Source: the human T2T-CHM13v2.0 reference genome, Homo sapiens
Assembly: GCF_009914755.1 (NCBI RefSeq)
Contig: NC_060939.1
Direction: 5' to 3' (one strand)
Length of the DNA stretch: 64,000 bases
Of the stretch, positions 41,586-55,869 are shown in pieces (within the stretch, counting starts at the first letter, position 1; each line of letters begins with the position of its first letter). Both the position numbers and the translations under genes were made by a program. Under the pieces are notes generated by a model. That model ran no database searches, had not been told where the DNA came from, and saw nothing but the letters and a program-made list of their open reading frames with translations.

Positions 41586-42289
41586 CTTCTCTGCTGCTTG
41601 TTCACAGCCGCCTCATGTGTTTTTTAAATATGCACTCTCCCTTTTCCTCACCATAATCCAGTAAGGTAGGCTTTGTTATACCTGTGCTCAGATGTGCGTA
41701 CACAATGTACCAAGAATCAAAGAACACGTGATGCTGCATAAATTATCCAACTGCATATGTTATTTAGTAGGGTGGAAATCAAGTCATTCATAAATTTCGC
41801 TAACAACAATGTGACTTAAACAATTTTTAATCTGTAAAAAAATATTAAAACTTTCAAGACTACAAATGAAGTGGTACGCCTTCATTTTACTTCTTGAACC
41901 TGGATTGAGGTCTTGCTGGACATGATACATGATATGACAAGGTTTACAGCACAAGAATGTGAAAGTGACAAAGAAGTGAAACTCGAAGTCCTGGTAGTAA
42001 ACTGCTCACATTAGTTTACTTTAATAATATGTTACTTTGGGTCTATATGTGCCAGGATAATTAAACCCAAATTCTAGGAGCAAGGATTACAGCAATTAAA
42101 AATTAACCTTTATTTCAAGGAGCACCGTAATTATATAATTAAAAATACAGACAGATGACTAGAAATAATTATATTCAGATAAATCAACTGATCAATCTAT
42201 CCAGAGAAGAAAGGTAGGAAAAGTGGAATTTATACAAAAAGAGTAGTAGTAGCTAATAAAGAACCTGTAGTAACATTTAATTAATCATA

Positions 42290-42850
42290 ATTTTATTCAA
42301 GAAGCAATTATTCAAAACTTTCATCATATATAAGGGACTCTGCTAGGTGACATAATTAATACAAAATCCAACTTTCAACATATCATCTCTTGAAGAGTTT
42401 CCACTCAAGGTAGAAAAGGGAAAAATTGTAAGAAGTGGTTAGAAGAAAGGAATGCCAAAGACAGGAGTCCACCCATTCTGCGTAAAAGTGAGAAAGTACA
42501 AAATGCCGCCGCAATTTAAAGAAGGTGATTTTAGTTTAGGAAGAGTTGTTGGATGAAGAAAAGGGAACTGAATCTTGAGGAAAATGGTGGGCCCAAGATG
42601 GAATGCCAATGCCAGAGAAAGGCCATATGTAAAAGTATGGAACTACCAAGTGATTTGAAGGAGCTGGCAATAAAGCATGGACTGGTGGAATCATGCAATG
42701 ACAGCACCGACAAATATTACAACAAATAGGATAATGGACACCAGATGATAATGAGAGGGTATAAATGTAAAGGGAGGAAGTTTATTGGCATCAAGTAAGT
42801 GATAGGGAATCAATATGGAGTCTGGAGTAGGCAATGTCCATGATACTTTG
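42290..42850 (-). mobile_element. L2 fragment
   Basis: Antisense L2 3' region phrases. Confidence 0.55.
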
Positions 42851-43039
42851 CAAGGGGTTGTTGGAGACACGGAGGTTTTGTAAATAAACTTTCTTAGAAG
42901 GAAAGGAAACGCTATTAAAACTTACAGGGCCATGAACCCAAGCCTAAGGTAGAGTTTCAGGGATTTGTCAGGCCCACCTTAGCCTGACTTAAAAGAACTG
43001 AGCAAAGTCTGCAAGAGTTTCTCCATCCTTTATAAAATG

Positions 43040-43240
43040 TCTAATGTCTGTGGAGACGGCACTGGCACTTAGAGAAGAAAGAAACGCTGTGCAATTTCAT
43101 TGCCAGGTTCATAGTTTGAGTAACTCTAGTATGATTTTCTAGGTGTGGAAAATAAGGTTCTAAGAAGTTAAAGTAAAACAGGTCATCCAGCTAGAAAATA
43201 ACATGGATGACACTCAAATGCAGGTATGTCTCAATTCATT
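43040..43240 (-). mobile_element. MIR, degraded
   Basis: TTTTCTAGGTGTGGAAAATAAGGTTCTAAGAAGTTAAAGTAA core-like segment. Confidence 0.55.
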
Positions 43241-44719
43241 TTCATACCCTCAAGATGGTTATACTCCACCTAAGAAGACAGGATTTCTAATTCTCCCTCT
43301 TTTTCTTTTCTTTCTAAATATTTGCTTAAAGTGCTTTTCTATTTAAAAATTATATGCCAGGGCTCATAAATTGGTAGATGATAAAATGAATTCCCATCCT
43401 CCCCATTTCCCTGTGCCCTCTCTCTCCCCTTCTCTATTTGCATTGGCATGAGAACTTCTAGTTCCACTAAATGAGTCATTTGGGACAAGAAAATTAATTT
43501 ATTTGAGCAGATGTATATAAACGTTACTCAGAATAGAATCACAAAACAGCCCAGTATTTACATAAGGTCCCTATAATTGATGACCTTTTATAGTTTTGTG
43601 TGAAGAATCCAAGGAGCTGACTAAGAAGCTACATGGGAAATATCAACATGATTAGAAATACAGGCTCATCTCTTGAATCCCAATTCTGTGGTGTGACATG
43701 CAGTGAACCTAGAGAAAAACAGCTACAGAATTTCTCTGCAGAACAATACATTCTTCACCCTAAGTGAGCCAAAATCCAGTGAATATCATAGTCTGAGAGT
43801 GTCACAATTGTGGTATTGAACATTGTTAATTACAAATATTTAATTCCACTTTTTTGCCAACAGTAGAAAATATCCAAGTTTTAAAACAAAACTGAGTTCT
43901 TGCGTTTGCCTTCAATGGCACCATTCTATTTATATTAAAACTAATCATCTCTACTGTGTGGCATTTTCAAACTTCTGACTGTAGATTTTTTTGCACTAAA
44001 CGAAGAATACTGTTTCAAAAAGCTCACGACTAAGCATAACTCTTATTTTATGGATCAAAGACTTTCCCTCAAGATTAAGACCTTTCATTTTGCAAGATTG
44101 CAGATTCTGTACTTCTCTCCCAAAATGAGAAAGAAAAGCCATGATTTGGATTTAGAATCCTTCCAGGCAGTGGGTGGAGTTTTCTAGGGGAAAAAAGAAA
44201 CACGCTAGGTCAAAAACACCACAGATTTCTCCAGACACAGATGAGTACCCCTGATTGAATAGGAAAATACTTGAAAAAGGAAATAAAATCACTCGGAACT
44301 ACTTTGAACAGGAATTAATAATCTGAAACTTTAATGTGTACATCATTATAGATGGTGCTTTATTTTGAAGAATTAAAAGTTGAAAGTACAATTCATTTCT
44401 CTAGAGAACTAAAGGCAAGAAGGACAACAAAGCCTATAAAAATAAACTTAAAAATTAAAAAAAAGGTAGAGAAAGAGCAAATTCTATGTAGGAACCCCTA
44501 AACAGATAAGTTTCAACAGAAAAAGATGGGAGCTTGGCAAGTTTTTATCAGTTCATTCCTGGCAAGAATTTTATGAAAATTCAGAGGAATAAATTTGTTT
44601 ACTGCCAAGAGTGATAACAAAACAAAGCTCCATGACGAATAAATGTGAGGCTGTTTGAAGGTGCACAAATGAGTCCTTGAAAACAATAATGATGATACTT
44701 GTCTAATAAATAGACACAG

Positions 44720-44960
44720 ATACTTATTCATACATCTATAAATTCTTCAAAAGGTTATTGAGTACCTCCTGTGCAAAGCAAAGACCTCCTTCCTGGAGAT
44801 ATTAAAATGAGAACACTTCCTGGAGAAAAAGATGGGTCCTGGCCCTCAAGGAGCTCACTGTTTAATGGGCAAGATAAGTGATTCCCAAATTAACAGAGCA
44901 GGTCCATGCTGTGCCAGAACATAAGGCATTGTGAGAACATGGAAGAGGAACTCAATCTAC
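44720..44960 (-). mobile_element. L2 3' end
   Basis: TTATTGAGTACCTCCTGTG...GGCCCTCAAGGAGCTCAC. Confidence 0.7.
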
Positions 44961-46119
44961 TACAAATAGCCTCACTCGGGCTCAGAGGCTAATCCTATGG
45001 GGTGTGAAGTGTCCACCTTTGCTCTTACAGGAGAATGAACTTTATTAACTATTAGTGGAAGGGTAGTGAAAAGGAAGTATTATCAGACTTTCTACACTAA
45101 GAGAAAAATTACAGAATGAAATGTAAGTAGTATACAGTTCTAGGTAGCCATTAAGGATCTCCATTTTAAAAAATTATTTTTTAAATAATTTATTATTTAA
45201 TAATAAATTAATATTTTATAATTTATAAATTTTATAAAATTTTGTAGTTTAAAAATTATCATGTATTAATTAATAAAAAGTTGCATGCACTCATTATGGA
45301 TTATAGGAAAATGACATAAAAAGAAAACTCATTTCTAATCCAGCCACTGCCCCATTCAACTTCTGATTGCGTATTTTCTCTGGGAATGTTTTTCTAAAAG
45401 ATTCCTAATATTTAACTCTGTATTCTAAGCCTGTACTCTTCGATGTTCTTAGAAAGCATTTTATATTTCCTATGCAAACCCCAAATATTTTTCTACATTT
45501 CCACTGGGAAGAAACATGTGATTTCTTGAGTGGGTGTGTGGGATGCCAGTGCTTCCAGAATGAACGATGTGCTAAGTAATCCTGGAGACAACCTAGTTGA
45601 TAAATCAGAACATATTTGTTTTTTTGCCATACTATTATGCACTATCTTATCAATGCATGCTTTATCTCTCCAAATATATGGTAGTGTCTGTGTGGGCTGG
45701 GATCATCTCTTAGAATATTTGCCTGTTCTATGACACTAGTACAATGCTAGGCATATAGTCAGTGTCAAAAAAATGCTTGCTAGATTGATCTGTCAGGTCT
45801 CAGACTTGGGTAAGAATTTAATCACACACCCTTGGCCTCACAAGCTCAGAGCTTGGCACTCAGTTTAACTGGCCTTAGATGAATAGGGATTTGAGGCAGA
45901 GCCACCTGGACCTTCACCCATGAAATCCTGGGACTTGCATGTTGTAAGCCTTTTAGGCTCTTTCAATGTTAGAACCATAAATTACCTAATTCTTCTTAAC
46001 ACCAATTACCATTATTTGATCCCTGAAACACTTGCATTAGTTGACCTCGAACTTCAGTGAGCTCATATCTGAACCTGAGTTATTATCTCTCCTTTTTTAT
46101 TTTTTCAATTTTCCAAAGA

Positions 46120-47100
46120 GAAAGTACCCTGAGGGTGGCCTTCCTCTGAGGTGACAGTATGATGTAATGACATTCAGGTCACTGTGTCATGAGCCATTGT
46201 CCAGAAAGTGATAACCCCCATGTCCACTAATCCATCCTTGAATGCTGAGGTTGGATTCAATCTGGCAAATGGAAAGTGACTGGCCAAGCTCAGATATTTG
46301 CCCCAAACTAACTGCACAGAACTATTTTAAGCAACCTGTAAACAGCAGGAAAAAATCACAAAGCAGCAGAGAGAATTCAAGGCGATGCTCTGCTGCAGAA
46401 TCATTTCCTGTGGCAGTTAAGATTTGTTTGGTTATCTTCTTCAGTTTGCTACTTAAAACAAAACAAAACAAAAAAAAATATATATATATATATAAAACAG
46501 CTCTTTTTTTTTTCCTCTTCCCTTCTTCCCCTCCCTTAGGGCCTCAGCTTGTGTCTGTGCATAAGTCCCAGGGTCTTGGGTGTCAAATGTCAGGCCTTGT
46601 ACTGAGCTGTCAAAGAGAAGAATGGGCTGAGATGATTGATGACTGGGAGGCCTGAAACCCAAACCTCCACTGCAAATGCTTCTTTTACAAAAAAGCTGGG
46701 GCTACCCACAGCGCCTATATTCAAGGTCACTTCGCATACCATTACACCCACCACTGTAGGCTCCCGACAAGCCAGGCCATTCACACAGGGGCCGACTTCT
46801 CAGCCTCGCTCACTCCCTGTCTCTCCACCCCTCCTCTGCTCCCCTCACAAACCCATGCCCAAGTGTTGGAATACTTAATCCCAATCAAATAAAAAAGATG
46901 AGCACAAAGATATGTATTTTTTCATCTTGTTTGGTTTTGTCTTGTTTTTCTTCAGGCTACATTTGCTCTGAGAAGCCATGAGCTGGAGCTTTCTGGAGCA
47001 CAAGTCAGATGACAAGATTATTAATGGGAGCAGGGCAATGTCATATCTGATTTCATGCATATTCATGTAGGGAGCCACACAGCTGGGACCATGCGCTGTG
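46120..47100. promoter_or_regulatory. Candidate enhancer/promoter block
   Basis: Unique, locally GC-richer sequence; TCAAGGTCA at 46721; multiple TGACA/TGTCA; CTATTTTAAG at 46322; ATGCATATTCAT at 47055; (TA)n at about 46478-46494. Confidence 0.4.
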
Positions 47101-47395
47101 GAGAGGACAAATAAAGAGTGCTCTACCCCCCACCCCCAGCATGAAGAATGTCATTGTGGAGATGAGGAGCCTGATTGGAAAAGTTTAAGTAATTGTAGCC
47201 TTTATTTTGAAAAAAAGGGATAGAATTTGCAGAAACAACAACAAAACAAGGTTTGCTACCCTGGCCAAACTAAGTCAATACTAAGTTATACAGAACCTTG
47301 TATCTAAGGGTCACCCACCTAGAAGCTCTCTGGATTGAAGTATGCAGAGAGACAACTTTTGCACTTGGTGTCAACAAAAGAAGTAAATGTTTAGA

Positions 47396-47505
47396 AGCAA
47401 AAGAGAAAGAAGGAAGGAAGGAAAGAAGGAAGGATGGAAGGAAGGAACAAAGGAAGGAAGAAGAAAGAAAGAAAGAAAAAGAAAGAAAGAGAAAAGAAAG
47501 AAAGA
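47396..47505. repeat. (GGAA)/(GAAA) purine-rich simple repeat
   Basis: Seen directly. Confidence 0.9.
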
Positions 47506-49435
47506 ATCAGCTTCTAATGACAGTTAAAACATGGACTGCTCTCCCAGTGAAAGATAAAGTATAGTTAGTTATGGATTAAACAATGTAAAATCCTAAGAGG
47601 GATAAAACTTAGTTAGTTACTAAGACCAGGATCCAATATCCTTTCAGTCCCAACAAAATAATTGCCAGGAAATTCCTTGCAATCTTAATTCCGTAGCCCA
47701 GACAAGCAACAAAGCAGTTGTCTGTACCCTAGGACTATTTTGGAAGTTCTACATGGTATTACAGAACCTGCCAATCATAGCTAAGAGACTGACCAGGAAA
47801 GAAAGTTACTCACAAAAGTGTATTGTGCAACTAACTAGAACGAAAATAAGGTTCTCAAGAGGCACCAGTATGAGAAGAACTGTTGGGAAGAATCTTCTTG
47901 GCCATCCACCTGGGCCCAAGCAACCACAGGGAACAGGGACCAATGAGAGGAGGCCAAATAGCTGTCTTCAAACAAGAAAGGTGGACACGTCTAATGTTCC
48001 CCTCTTTCTTATTTATGTATTCACTCATTCGTACATACATGTGTGCATGCATTCATTTTACTGTGAAAATCATTCTATTCTAGGACTGTTTCTTGGAATT
48101 ATGTAAGTGATTATTATTTCAGAAATTTTCAGTTAAATATTAGCTATTAGCATAATGGAATTCATGCTGTATATTCATTATATTTAATTATTTAATATGG
48201 AGATCAAATAAATATGTTTCTACCCACTTAATATCTTCCGTATAATAATAAAATAGGTGATGGTAACCAGAGTTGACAAGTCACTCCCTCCCATATCTCC
48301 AGTTTCTGATTCTCAGTTAACTCCATTTGGGAAATATTGAGTAAGATGAAGGTGTGTGAAGCAAGTGGCAATTATTCATTTGTAGCTTTGTAGAACTTCT
48401 TAACTAGCTCTAGTTCGTATGAGAACATTGGCAGAACATATACAATATGATTTTGTGGGCTTGGAAAGTGACTTCTTCTCCCCTCCTTTTCTTCCTCAAT
48501 CCATGTGTCAAATGCAGGAGTCTGTCTCAAACAATAAAGTAAATTGCAGGGACCCAAATTTCAATAAGCACAAATTCAAAATTTGCAGTTTTGTGTAGGT
48601 AATAGTTTTTTTTCTTTTAATTTCATCAAAAATATAGGTAGTGTAGTTAGTTAAATCAGATGGTTTATATTAAATCCTTATTAATAAATATCAAATATTT
48701 TAAATAGAATACTAATAACAAATTAAGTTTTATGAATCCTAATGATACATTAGGTTTAACATAAAATATATTAAATTTATATATTTATTTCTAATAAGAA
48801 TGGAGAAATCATGGGGGAAATATGTTCTGTAATCTCCCTTCCCTATCCTCTTTCTCTATTATTATTTTTTTTAATGAAAGAAGAGCACTGAAGATGTCCG
48901 CAGAATCTCACTATGCGTTGCTGAAAAGTTTCAGGATAAGTAAAAAGAAGAAAAGAGAGATTCAAGGAAGTTCTAGAAAGCCAACCATTCTGTCTGTTGG
49001 CTCTGTGCTGAGGGTGCCCCTGGCGTGGAGAGGCCTCTGGGAAGGGTCTCTACAGAGGGAGGTTTTGGAGGCTGTGCTAAGCTTGGGGTCATGGCTGTAG
49101 AGGGAGGACTCAGGCACCAGCCTGTGGGGGAGGCTGGGACAATGTGGGATTCAACTCGGAGAAGCCTCTGAGGCAAGGCAGCCAGAAGCCGGATAAGAAT
49201 AGAATATGAACAAGACAAATACACGGGCCAGCAGGGCTAGGCGGGAGGTCTGAATTTTGGCAGGGAAGTGCTGAGGCCCTTCAGGCAGAGCAAGCTAGAC
49301 AGCAAAGGTGAAGGCGAAGTTTGCATTGCCAAGGGAGAGGCTGGAAAGTGAAGGCAGCCCACGGCCTCAGCCAGGGAGCCACTGAGCTGCAGTTCTTATC
49401 TGGACTACATATTAAAAACACCTGGGGAACTTTTT

Positions 49436-49758
49436 AAATTTTATTTTTTATTATTTTTAGTAGTTCTTAGACACAGGATCTCACTCTCTTGCCTGGGCTG
49501 GAGTGCAGTGGTACAATCATAGCTTGCTGTAAACTCGACCTCCTGGGCTCAAGCATTCCTCCTGTCTCAGCCTCTCCAGTAGCTGGGACTATAGGCATGC
49601 GCCACCATGCCTGGTTAATTTTTTTATTTGTATTTTTTGTAGAGACAGGGGTCTCACTACATTGCCCAGGCTGGTCTCAAACTCCTGGCCTCAAACAATC
49701 TTTTTGTCGCCGCCTTCCAAAATGTTAGGATTACAGGTGTGAGCCACCACACTGGGCC
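49436..49758 (-). mobile_element. AluJ
   Basis: Antisense J-type Alu, preceded by a short MER5-like end (about 49390-49435). Confidence 0.94.
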
Positions 49759-50028
49759 CATTCTTCTTTAAATAGTTGGAAGGATTCTTCTTTAAAGCTA
49801 TCTTGGATCTAGGCTTTTCTATTTAGAAAGATTTTTGATTATTAATACAATTTCCTTTTTAAAAAGGGAAAGATATAGTAAGATGATTTATTTCATCTTG
49901 AGTCAGTTTTCGTAATTCATTTCTTTCTATGAATTTTTCATTTCATGTATGTTCTAATTTGTTGGTGTAAAGTTGTTCATAATATTCCATAGCAATCCTT
50001 TTAATTTCTTTATAAAACAATCTTGATA

Positions 50029-50340
<312 letters not shown>

Positions 50341-51514
50341 ATAAAATAATTTTGATACATTGTTACTTTCAGTTTTTTCTTGGTCTAGCTAAAAGATTTT
50401 CAATTGTGTTGATCTTTTCAAGCAATTAACTCTTCATTTCATTAAATTTCTCTATTTTTTGTGCTTTCTATTATATTCATTTTTATCTTTGCTATTCTTT
50501 TCTATTTGTTCTGGGTTTAATTTAATATTTCTAATATTTTAACTTGGAAACTTAAAATATTGATTTGAAACCTTTACTTTTTTGTAATATTGGTGTTTTA
50601 CAACTATAAAATTCCTGTAAACATTGTTTTAGCTGTACTCAATAAATTTTTATGTTTTCTTTGTATTTATTTAAAAATATTTTGTATTTCCTTTGTGTTT
50701 TTCTTTTCCTTTATGGATTATATAAGTATGTTATTTAATTTCCTTATATCTGTGAATTCCCCAAATATTTTTCTGTTGTTGATTTTTAATTTAGTTTTTT
50801 TGTGATCAAAGAGCATATTTTGTATCATTTTGATTCTTTTAAGTTTAGGAAGATTATTTTATGGCCTAGTATATAGTGTATCCCTGAGAATGTTTCATGT
50901 GACCTTGAAAAGAAGTATATTGTGCTATTATTGGATGAAGTATAATATAAATGTCAGTGAGGTCAAAGTGGTTGATAATATGGTTCAAGTTTTTATATCA
51001 TTCGAAGACTTCTATTCATTTTTGAGAGCAGGGCATTAAAATTTTATTGTCTAATTGCCTATTTTTTCCTTTTACTTTTCTAAGATTTTTCATTCATTTA
51101 TTCTGGGGCTATGTTGTCATGCATATATATTTATATTTACCTTATCTTCCAGATGTATTGACCTTTTGTCAATATTTCCTGTCTTAAAGACTATGTTGTT
51201 TGATATTTATATAGCCACTCTAGCTCTCTCAGCTACTGTTTTGATGGTATGTCTTTTTCTATACTTTTATTCCTGCTTGTTTGTGTCTCTGAGCCTAAAG
51301 TGTTTCTTTACGGAGAGCTTATAGTTGAATCATGCTTTTTTATCTAGTCTGACAATCACTGCCTTTTCATTGTAGGGAGAATTAATCCATTTATATGTAA
51401 CTTAATTATTGATCTCATAGGATTTACATCTGCCATATTTCTAGTTGGTTTTAATGTCTCATGTCTTTTTTGTTACCCTGTTTCTTCTTTCCTGTTATCT
51501 TTTGTATTTACAGA

Positions 51515-51980
51515 CATATATAATATAAATATTACTTCTATATTTAACATTAATATATCCTTATATTAATATGGGAATTATATGAATATAACAATATATT
51601 AAATACAATATATAATGTTAGCTATTTAATTATATTAATTATATATGTATGCATTCTAAAATATAAACATAATATATTTATATATTAGTGTAATCTATAA
51701 TATATATTTAATATTAACATATAATATATTGTATCAAATATATATGTCCAAAGTATAAAATGGTAGGAAAGGAGATATATAACTATATTTAATGTACTAC
51801 AATATGATCTATATATAATTCATATACTTATATATATCAACATAATATGTATCTAATGCATGTACATATGTACACATGTTACATTGCTATTAGGATTAAA
51901 TGCTACATTGCTATTTGAATTAAATATGTCTCATGTCTTTTCGTATTTACATATACATGTATAATACACACACACACACA
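51515..51980. repeat. AT-rich low-complexity/(TA)n-derived tract ending in (CA)n
   Basis: Seen directly. Confidence 0.85.
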
Positions 51981-52064
51981 TTTTAACTCCCCTTTGATTC
52001 TCATACACTTTTAGTTATTTTCTATGGCTCACACAATCGTTATTATAAACCCCTTTGGATTTAC

Positions 52065-52433
52065 TACCTCAGTCTGTTTTTTGTTTCTGTAACAGAATAC
52101 CACAGAGTGAGTACTTTATAAAAAAAAGAAATGTATTTCTCACAGTTCTGGAAGTTGAGAAGTCCCACATCAAGGTGATTGCATCTTGCAAGGGCCTTCT
52201 TGCTGTGTTATCCCATGGCAGTAGGCAAGAGGGTGAGGGAGGGCAAGAAACAGAGAGAGAACCAAACTCACTTTTGTAACAAACTCATTGTCTCAATAAG
52301 AATCCAATTCCCCAATAATGACATGAATCCATTCACGACAGCAGAGCCCTCATAGGTCCCACTCTCAACTCTGTTACATTGGGGATTAAGATTCCAACAC
52401 ATGAACTTTGGGGCAGACGTTCAAACCATAGCA
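52065..52433 (-). mobile_element. MST (MSTC/D-like) MaLR solo LTR
   Basis: TAACAGAATACCACAGA...CTCACAGTTCTGGA...TTCAAACCATAGCA. Confidence 0.88.
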
Positions 52434-52789
52434 AATAGTAACAAATTTTTTATAAAATATAGAAATCTTGTTCCACTATAACTTCATTCCTCCTCCTTAT
52501 TTTTTCTGTCATATGTATTGTATCAATATATTTTATCAATCTGACAATACTGGGTGATAATTATTGCCTTATGCAATCTTGACCCTTTTAGAGAAGTTAA
52601 GAGAAAACAAAAAAACTTATACAGCCTTATATATGTACATGCATGTTTACCATTTCAGGTCCTTTTTATTTCTTCCTGTGGATTTGTGTTAATGTCTGAT
52701 GTTATTATTTCCAGCCTGAAGGAATTCCTATGGTATTTCTTGTAAAGTGGGTCTTTGTTTATCTGGCTTATTTTAGCTTACCAAGGTGG

Positions 52790-55700
52790 ATATTCTTTTT
52801 AAATATAAGCTGTGTGTTTATCATTATACATTGTTTTAGATGCACCCCACAAACTTTGATATGCTGTGCTTTCATTGAAAATATTTTCTAGATTTCGTTT
52901 TAATTTCGTCTTTGTGATTTATTTAGAAGTGTGTTGAATTTCTGATATGAGGGTTTTTGTAGGTATTTTCTTATTATGATTGCCAGTTTAATCCTTTTGT
53001 GAGCAGAGAATAATACCTGTATGATTTGATCCTTTAAAATATATTAAGAATTGTTTTATATCCCATCATTTGGTCTATTTTAATTTATCTACCATGCACT
53101 CTTGAAAAGAATGTGTGTTGTGCAGTTGTTGAATGATGATCTGAAACCAGTTAGATCATGGTACTTGATAGTGTTGCCCAGATCTTCTATTTTCTTATTA
53201 ATTTTGTCTGGTTCTATCAATTCGTGAGAAATCACAATTGTTAAAATCTCCTACTCTGATTGTGGAATTTTCTGTGACACTCTTTGTTATATTTTTTTCT
53301 TTTTATAATTTGAGGCTATATTATTAAGTGCATGTACATTGATAATTTTTATGTCTTTCTCATAAATTGTCCTTTTGTCACATTAAAATATTTTTTTCTT
53401 CTGGTATTACCTTTTTTTCTTTGTCCTTATTGTATCTGATATTAAAACAGCCACTCCAGCCTTCTAGTGCTTACTTTTTCAAACATACATTTTTTTCTAT
53501 CCATTTACTTTCAATACATCAATTTTACACACACACACAATATAAAAACAAATGTGTTTCTTATAGGCCACATAGAGTAGCTTCTTGCTTTTTATCCATG
53601 ATGGCAAGATTTTCTGCATTTTTAAAAAATTGAAATGTTTGAACCATTAACATTTAATGTAATCTTTAATATGGCTGGATTTAGAGTAATCACTTTATTA
53701 CTTACAATTTTATGTAGTTTTTTGTTCTTTCTTTTCTGTCTTTTAAAAAAATTTTGAGAATTTTCAAAACTTTTTATTTTAATATATTGATTGGTTATTA
53801 ATTTACATCTCCTTGAATTATTTTAAGTGGTTATTCTACCGATTTTAATAGACATATTTAACATTTTACAGTTAATATTGCACCACTTTATGTAAAATGT
53901 AAATCTTTATAACCATATCACTTTGTTTCCCCACCACATGGATCTTCATTTTATAGATGTCATATACATTACATCTACATACATCAAAATCCTCACCAGA
54001 CAATATTATAATTTTTGTTTTAACAATCATACATACTTTATGCTTAAGGAGACAAAGGCAACATTTATCTTTACACTGCTATTTACCATTTCTATTGCTT
54101 TTTTTTTATTCCTAAATATCTAAGTTCCTCTCTGTAGGTTTTGCCCTCAGTGTGAAGGAACTCCTTTAGCCTGTCTTGTAAAGCAGGTCTGTCGGATATA
54201 CATTTTCTTAGTTTGCTTTTATCAGAAAATTTCTTTATTTCACCTTCATTTCTGAAGAATACTTTTACTGCAAATAGAATTGAGTTGACAATTACTTCTT
54301 TAGTATTTCAAAGATATTGAAAGATAAATCTACCATCATTCAAATCATTTTTCCCCTACATGTAATGTGATGTATCTTTACTTGCTCTTAAAACATTTTC
54401 TTTATATTTGGTTTTGACCCAATTGTAATATATTTAAGCATGATTTACTCTGAATTTATTCAAGTTGGAATTTGCCAATCTTTAATCTATAAATATGTCT
54501 TTCACAGGATGTGATAAGTTTTTGAACATTATTGCTTCAAACATTTTTTTCTGCCCCAATCTCCCTTCCCTCTTCTTCTGAACTCAAATTACACATAGAA
54601 TGGGCCTCTGATACTGTTCAACATGATCTCAAGGCTCTGTCCATTTGTTAAAAATCTTTTCACTCTGTTCTTAGGGCAGCTCCTATTGATATATCTTCAA
54701 GTTTGTTTACCTTTTCTTCTGTTTTCATCATTCTGTTATTGAGCCCACTTTATAATTTTTAATTACTTACATTTTTCAGTTTTAAGTTCACATTTAGTTC
54801 ATTGTACAATTTCTATTTCTCTGTTGATATTCCCCTTTTTATCAATCATTTCAAGTGTGTATTAACATACATAATTATGAAAGCCTTGTTAAAGTATTTG
54901 TCTAAAACCTCCAGCATTGAGATAATCTCAGGCTTGGCATACTTTTTTAGCCATTGCAATTTTATCATTTTTTGTTGTTGTTGCTGCTTGTTTCATTTAT
55001 GTATTGATTAATTTTGGATTGTACCCCAGACATCATGAATGACATGCCCAGGGTACCATCCTGTTAAGATTCTCCAGAGAATGTTGATGTTTTATTTTTA
55101 CCAAGTGCTCCACTTAGGATTAGATTGTAAGTTGTGCCTTCTCCTCCGTAGGACATGGTTCAATCAGGTTAGTCCTCCAAATCTTTGCTATACTATTTAA
55201 GTTTGCCTCATGTGTGAACAGCTCAGAGGTTAGTCAGACTTTTGTGCAGGTGATTCAATTCAGTTCTCCAATCCTTTATCACTTTAGTTTGTATTTATTC
55301 CACATACATACACCCCAGGGACTGGGCTGAAAGACTTATGTGTGCCATTCAAATCTCTTTTCAGTTCTCTAAGCCTTAGCTAAACTAGTATTTGTCTGTC
55401 CTACATGTGTAACTCAAGACTTAAGCTAAGACTTGTATGTGCTTATTCACAGAATTAGATGATCCTCCTCTCTCCCTTTCAGCATCCCCCTCAATAATCT
55501 ATGACCTACAGGGATGCCTTTCTCTGGTTCCTTTGGCCAGAAAGATGGGGTTTCTCTCAGATTTTAGCTGAAGGTTCCACCCCTGCTCCCATGCTGCCCA
55601 TGACTGGGCATGAGAGAGGTATTGCATGACTGAAAGAGAAAAAAAAAATGCTAGGTAACTTAGCTCTGTGTAGTTGCTTCTCCAAATTTTGGCTCCACTG

Positions 55701-55810
55701 TACCTGCTTTTGTTTACTTTTCAAAGTCCTCAGTTAGTTGTTTCTGCATTTTGTCCAGAGACTTTAGTTGTAATTAATTACTGGAAGGAATGGGCTAAAG
55801 TGGGCTACAT
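52790..55810 (-). mobile_element. Second old L1M (endonuclease, ORF1 and 5' region)
   Basis: Contains the same L1 endonuclease region again (CTTGAAAAGAATGTGTGTTGTGCAG), then ORF1-like antisense sequence. Confidence 0.75.
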
Positions 55811-55869
55811 CATTGTGCTGGGGCAGGAGCACCTTTGATCCCCTTCCCCTACCACGACCACATAGAAGG

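Noticed and set aside
46242-46655. 137-aa ORF in unique DNA
   Set aside because: Runs through a (TA)n/poly-T tract, has no recognisable domain and no coding-like composition
46978-46995. MSWSFL matches the N-terminus of connexin 45
   Set aside because: Similarity stops after six residues and there is no connexin domain; treated as coincidence
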